A stretch of 64,000 bases of DNA from contig OZ244991.1 in NCBI GenBank assembly GCA_965223335.1, positions 1,760,001 to 1,824,000 on the forward strand. Reading direction: 5' to 3'. The position numbers and the translations under genes were made by a program. The notes under the pieces are model-generated. The model did not search any database. It saw nothing but the letters and a program-made list of their open reading frames with translations, and was not told the origin of the DNA. The stretch is from Thermodesulfobacteriota bacterium (GTDB lineage: Bacteria; Desulfobacterota_D; UBA1144; Nemesobacterales; UBA2774). Below, piece by piece: positions 59,687 to 64,000 of the stretch. Every line of letters begins with the position of its first letter. Positions within the stretch are counted from its first letter, which is position 1.

Positions 59687-59723
59687 TTCGCACATGTTGC
59701 ATGTGCGAATAACCCACTTGACA
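59687..59723 (+). promoter_or_regulatory. palindromic candidate operator next to TTGACA upstream of the MaoC gene
   Basis: TTCGCACATG-ttg-CATGTGCGAA (59687-59709); TTGACA at 59718-23. Confidence 0.45.
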
Positions 59724-59945
59724 AACCTCAACATTTCTGAATTAATTAAAGATATGCAGCCAATATATTGATCTTGATTTGGTTGTGATGAGTTGTTTTG
59801 TTGTTATTATTAATGTGTGTTAACAGGTGGTTATGGCTTGCAAAGAAATTGTTGGTTTAGTGGTTGATGCTAATGTGTAATAAAAGTCAGCAAATGTAAG
59901 CAGTTGCGTTGTTATTACTCTCAAGTGTTTAGAAGGAGGCCAAAA

Positions 59946-60851
59946 ATGGGACTAAATAAGGACTTTATTGGACGCGAGTACGAACCCATTCAGCATACAG
60001 TAGCTACGCAGGAGATAGTTGATTATGCATGGGCTATTGGTGCAAGGAATCTCACCTATTTCAACTATAACGGAGCATTCGGGCACAACACACCGGTCAG
60101 TATGGCCCCGCCGAGCTATGCTGTTACTTACGAACTGCCGTTTTTAGAGAAGCTCTGGTCCGACCCCGAGCTCCACGGTGGGGAAGAAGAGGCCGAGAGA
60201 AACGTGCTGATGTTGGTCCACGGCTATCAGGAAATGAGATTTTTTAAGCCTATAAAGCCGGGTGATAAGCTTACTTTCAAGATAAAGATCCCTTCTATAG
60301 AAGACAAAGGCAGCGGTGAACTGCTGGTGTTTAACGTTCTAACAGTAGACGAAGAGGGCCAGAACGTGGTCGAGTCGGATTGGGGGCTTTTTATCAGGGG
60401 CATCGGAAGCGGTGAAAATAAGACAAACGGTTCTAGGCCTGCTAAAAAAGTAGAGAACGAAACTAAACCTGAACTGGCGTTTAGAAAAATAATAAGAGTG
60501 CCCGGAGACATCACCTACCGATACGCCGAGGCATCAAACGACAACAACCCCATACACACTGATGATGAAGTGGCTAAGAAGGCTGGACTTGAGGGCATAG
60601 TGGTCCATGGGTTGTGCACAATGTCTATGACGATGCGCGCAATTATCGAGTGTTATCTCGACAGTGACCCTGCCAGGCTAAAAACCCTGGGTGTGCGTTT
60701 TACGAGCCCTGTGTACCCCAATGATATCCTGGTTGCAGACGGATGGCATAACGGCGGTCAAAACGGCAACTCGGAGCTCGGTTTCGAGGTCTGGCGCCAG
60801 CAAGACGGCAAAAAGGTCATCAAGGGTGGTACGGCCAAGGTAGAGGTTTAG
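59946..60851 (+). CDS. MaoC-family double-hotdog (R)-enoyl-CoA hydratase/dehydratase
   Basis: LVHG.Q, YAEASNDNNPIH, VVHGLCTM, RFTSPVYP; AAGGAGG SD. Confidence 0.88.
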   Translation: MGLNKDFIGREYEPIQHTVATQEIVDYAWAIGARNLTYFNYNGAFGHNTPVSMAPPSYAVTYELPFLEKLWSDPELHGGEEEAERNVLMLVHGYQEMRFFKPIKPGDKLTFKIKIPSIEDKGSGELLVFNVLTVDEEGQNVVESDWGLFIRGIGSGENKTNGSRPAKKVENETKPELAFRKIIRVPGDITYRYAEASNDNNPIHTDDEVAKKAGLEGIVVHGLCTMSMTMRAIIECYLDSDPARLKTLGVRFTSPVYPNDILVADGWHNGGQNGNSELGFEVWRQQDGKKVIKGGTAKVEV

Positions 60852-60857
60852 CCCTAT

Positions 60858-62522
60858 TTAGAGGGCAATTTTTTGTTGACTCTCACTACCGTAAGGCACT
60901 ACACCTAGCTTCTCCTCGAGTAGGCCGAGCAGCGAGGGGATAGAGTCTTTCTTTAATGCCGAGATAACCGGCGAGCCGTAGATTCGTCTTAGGGTTTTAG
61001 CAAGTTCCCCACTTACCAAATCACCTTTATTGAATACCAAAAGTCTTGGGATGGAGCCGTATCCGGTTTCATCTAAAATCTTTTCCACAGACTCGATGCG
61101 ATTATCCATTAGCGGGTCGCTCGCATCTGCTACGTGAAGCAAGAGCGATGAGCCTCCCAACTCTTCTAATGTGGCTTTAAAGGCGCTAATGAGCTCATGG
61201 GGAAGGTCGCTTATGAAGCCCACGGTGTCGGTGACCAATATATCTTTACCGCCCGGAAGCCTTATTTTGCGCGTAGTGGGGCTCAGTGTGGAAAATAGTT
61301 TGTTCTCTACAATAACACCACTTTTCGTAAGCAAATTAAACAGGGTTGATTTCCCGACATTTGTGTAGCCTACGAAGGTGACGGTCGGTATACCAGTCTC
61401 GATTCTCTTCTTGCGAGTGTGTTCCCTTCTTGTGCTAAGTTCCTTAATCTGCTTCTCTAGCTGGTCTATCTGTTTGCGAATTTTTCTGCGCTGCTCCTCG
61501 AGCTTTTTCTCACCCGGCCCTCTGGTACCGATCCCCCCGCCCAGCTGTGAGAGCTCTATGCCTCGTCCCACAAGTCTCGGCAGGTTGTATCTGAGCTCTG
61601 CGAGCCTTACCTGCAGTTTACCCTCGCTTGTTGTGGCGTGTTTTGCGAATATCTGCAAGATGAGCTGTGTGCGGTCCATCACTTCTAGGTCGGTTTCCTC
61701 GGATATGGACTTTACCTGTGCTGGGGTTAGTTCAACATCAAATATTATTCTCTCGGCACCTACGTGTTGCGCGCTTAGTATGATCTCTCTTAGCTTGCCC
61801 TTGCCGACCAGGTACCTGGGGTCGATATTTCTTCGAATCTGTACTGTGGTATCGAGCACGACTTTATCGGCCGACTCTGCGAGTGAAGCCAGCTCATCCA
61901 CGGACTCCTGAGCGTCCGACCTGTATTTCGTGTGGAACCCCACCAGCATTACACCTTCTTTGTTGCTCTTTCCGCCCAGTTCGTAGTAGCTCTGTTCTAA
62001 GCCCGACTCTATATCCCTTATAAACTCGTCTAGGCCCTGGTCTATGCGTCCGAGGTCGTTGTATGTAGTGATCTGCCATTTCTCTTTGTGACTATTGGGC
62101 GGGACGATTGATGCAACCTGAAACCTGCCGGGGGCTCCTTTGTCCTTTACCTCTAAGAGCCCGACAAAATCGAGACGTTCGTTTAAAAGTGTTACTAGGT
62201 CCGACTGGCTTAGCTCGGGGTTTTTTGTGTGAGTGTGTACGAGTCTAAGCCCGCGCAGTCTGTATTTGGCCTCTCTTGACCTGCCTATTAGCTCTGCAAA
62301 CGGTATATCGACGCTGTCCCCTATAAATACCACACGCACCTTTCCCTTCCTGTCTATGAGCAGTGAAAGACCCCTGCCTGTGTCCTCTGTGAGGCGTGCC
62401 AGTGTTCTGCCTAATTCTAATGTGATGAACTCTTTTGGAGGGATTTTTCTTCTGTAAAGTCTAAGCAGGTTGTTCTTGTTGTTCTTTGTTATTCCAGACG
62501 TATTGCCAAATAATTTCGGTAT
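60858..62522 (-). CDS. hflX: ribosome-splitting GTPase HflX, long N-terminal form, apparent ATA start
   Basis: LRLVHTH, DRTQLILQIFA, GGGIGTRGPGE, VGYTNVGKST, DTVGFI, FNKGD; frame open upstream to IPKLFGNTSG. Confidence 0.93.
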   Translation of the reverse strand: MPKLFGNTSGITKNNKNNLLRLYRRKIPPKEFITLELGRTLARLTEDTGRGLSLLIDRKGKVRVVFIGDSVDIPFAELIGRSREAKYRLRGLRLVHTHTKNPELSQSDLVTLLNERLDFVGLLEVKDKGAPGRFQVASIVPPNSHKEKWQITTYNDLGRIDQGLDEFIRDIESGLEQSYYELGGKSNKEGVMLVGFHTKYRSDAQESVDELASLAESADKVVLDTTVQIRRNIDPRYLVGKGKLREIILSAQHVGAERIIFDVELTPAQVKSISEETDLEVMDRTQLILQIFAKHATTSEGKLQVRLAELRYNLPRLVGRGIELSQLGGGIGTRGPGEKKLEEQRRKIRKQIDQLEKQIKELSTRREHTRKKRIETGIPTVTFVGYTNVGKSTLFNLLTKSGVIVENKLFSTLSPTTRKIRLPGGKDILVTDTVGFISDLPHELISAFKATLEELGGSSLLLHVADASDPLMDNRIESVEKILDETGYGSIPRLLVFNKGDLVSGELAKTLRRIYGSPVISALKKDSIPSLLGLLEEKLGVVPYGSESQQKIAL

Positions 62523-62635
62523 ATTCAGTACCCCCTAAAACTGTAAAAAACTCCTTATATTTATAATGTAATTCCTTGTATGAATCAGTCAAGCGCTGCT
62601 TTACCTATTGATGAGTACTATTATAATAGATCGAT

Positions 62636-63874
62636 ATGATAAACGCTACGTATTTGATTATAGGAGCCGGACCGGCAGGGGCCTCTGCGGTAAGGGGTAT
62701 AAGACAATCGGACAAAGAGTCCGAGATCGTAGTTGTAGGCAAGGAGTCGGAGCGTACATACTCGCTGCCACTGCTCTCAAAGGGCTATATACAGGGGCGT
62801 TATCCCAAAGAAAAACTCTACCTGGTTAAAGAGGACTTTTTTGAGAATAACAATGCCAGGTTTATAAATGGCACCGGTGCCAAGAGTATAGACTGCTCTG
62901 AAAAAACCGTTGAGCTAGAGAACAGAAAAACAATAAAATACGAAAAACTGCTCCTAGCCACGGGTGCAAGCCCCCGGACGTTCGATGTGCCCGTGGGTAC
63001 TAGGGGGATCTATTATCTGCGAACATTGGGGGATGCCGATCAGATCATTAAAGCTGCGGGTACAGGTAAAAGTGCGATTGTCATCGGGGGCAGTTTTATA
63101 GGGGTTGAGCTTGCGTGTGCTCTAAAGGAGATAGGGGTCGGTGTAAAGCTGCTAATGCTCGAGGATTATGTGTTTCAAACCCTCTTGCCCGAAGAGTTCG
63201 GTATGTCTCTAAACGATATATTGATCGACCATGGTGTGGAGGTCATTGCAAATGCGAGCGTAGACGAGCTTGTGATCGAGGGCGGAGTTGCCAGGGGCAT
63301 AAGGACCATAGACGGGCAGAGTTGTAGTGCTGATTTTATTTGTGCGGGGATAGGTGTTGTGCTCAACATCGGGTACCTGGGGGGATCGGGTGTGTCTGTA
63401 AACAAAGGGGTTTTGGTTAACCGGTATCTCGAGACCAGTGTGGAGGGAGTTTATGCCGCAGGTGATTTGGCGGAGTATGAAGATATTGTGTTGGGTCGCA
63501 CCCACATGGTAGGTCATATAGAGAGTGCCCAGGCACAGGGCAGGCAGGCTGGCAATAATATGGCAGGGGCAAAAGAGGCTTATGCACAGGTCACAGGATA
63601 CGATACGGAGATATTCGGTGACAGGCTTATTTTTCTGGGCGATCTCAACTATGCCGAGAAATATGTCACGAGGGGAGACACGCTCGGGAAGACCGGCTGC
63701 ATTGGACTCAGGGACGGTAAAATCGTCGGGGTCTATTTGATAAACCCAAAGGGTAAGGATATGAGAGGGGCACGGGAGCTCTTTGGTTTAACGGTTGAGC
63801 AGACCGGACAGGTTATCGATGAACTTAAGAACCCCGAGGCGGGTATTCTAAGCGTGGTTAAGAGCCTGGAGTAA
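62636..63874 (+). CDS. NAD(P)/FAD-dependent oxidoreductase (ferredoxin-reductase-like)
   Basis: IIGAGPAG, LLLATGA, VIGGSFIGVE, ETS..GVYAAGD. Confidence 0.88.
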   Translation: MINATYLIIGAGPAGASAVRGIRQSDKESEIVVVGKESERTYSLPLLSKGYIQGRYPKEKLYLVKEDFFENNNARFINGTGAKSIDCSEKTVELENRKTIKYEKLLLATGASPRTFDVPVGTRGIYYLRTLGDADQIIKAAGTGKSAIVIGGSFIGVELACALKEIGVGVKLLMLEDYVFQTLLPEEFGMSLNDILIDHGVEVIANASVDELVIEGGVARGIRTIDGQSCSADFICAGIGVVLNIGYLGGSGVSVNKGVLVNRYLETSVEGVYAAGDLAEYEDIVLGRTHMVGHIESAQAQGRQAGNNMAGAKEAYAQVTGYDTEIFGDRLIFLGDLNYAEKYVTRGDTLGKTGCIGLRDGKIVGVYLINPKGKDMRGARELFGLTVEQTGQVIDELKNPEAGILSVVKSLE

Positions 63875-64000
63875 GGCAGATTAACCCTGAGAGGGTGTGG
63901 TGGTGTGTTGTTTTTACTAAGGTGATAATATCACGTGTGTAAGTGATGCTAGAAATACAATTGAAAAAATTAAGATAATTACACCACCAATATATTTTGC

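Noticed and set aside
63898..63989. TGGTGGTGT/ACACCACCA inverted repeat at the window end
   Set aside because: Only 9 bp, widely spaced, and its context is cut off by the window edge
1..64000. tRNA, rRNA, CRISPR arrays, IS elements, integrases or prophage genes
   Set aside because: None recognised by eye; dedicated scans were not run

Overview
Bacterial chromosomal window. The proteins look deltaproteobacterial-like; Ca. Dadabacteria is a guess that was not tested. 1-8.1 kb: distal spc/alpha ribosomal operon (rplR to rplQ). rpmD is missing, rpmJ is present but absent from the ORF track, and L17 carries a ~200-aa acidic tail. 8.1-13.2 kb: housekeeping and redox genes (LLM oxidoreductase, TIGR01777 epimerase, pdxH, ubiE/menG, metF, Sel1 lipoprotein). 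13.4-16.1 kb: a three-gene operon behind two Fur-like boxes (beta-barrel, FMN-binding protein with flavinylation motif, His-containing membrane protein). 16.2-47.2 kb: a ~31-kb surface-polysaccharide locus with two c-di-GMP links. The first is a sigma-54 promoter plus c-di-GMP-I riboswitch ahead of a secreted DNRLRE/beta-helix protein. The second is an initiating phosphoglycosyl transferase fused to two tandem MshEN-type modules, the most novel-looking element here. The locus also encodes a heparan-type glucuronyl C5-epimerase, an AsnB amidotransferase, seven glycosyltransferases, three paralogous APH-like kinases (one decayed), Wzm/Wzt, two Wzy_C/ligase-family proteins, Wzc and Wza, but no Wzx. 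47.5-64 kb: assorted genes, alr, an MlaE/F/D (MCE) operon led by an unusual aromatic WPFY-repeat protein, a ParB-like gene, a MaoC double-hotdog dehydratase, hflX with an apparent ATA start, and a flavoprotein reductase. No tRNA, rRNA, CRISPR array or transposase was seen. All calls rest on visual motif recognition; no database searches were run.
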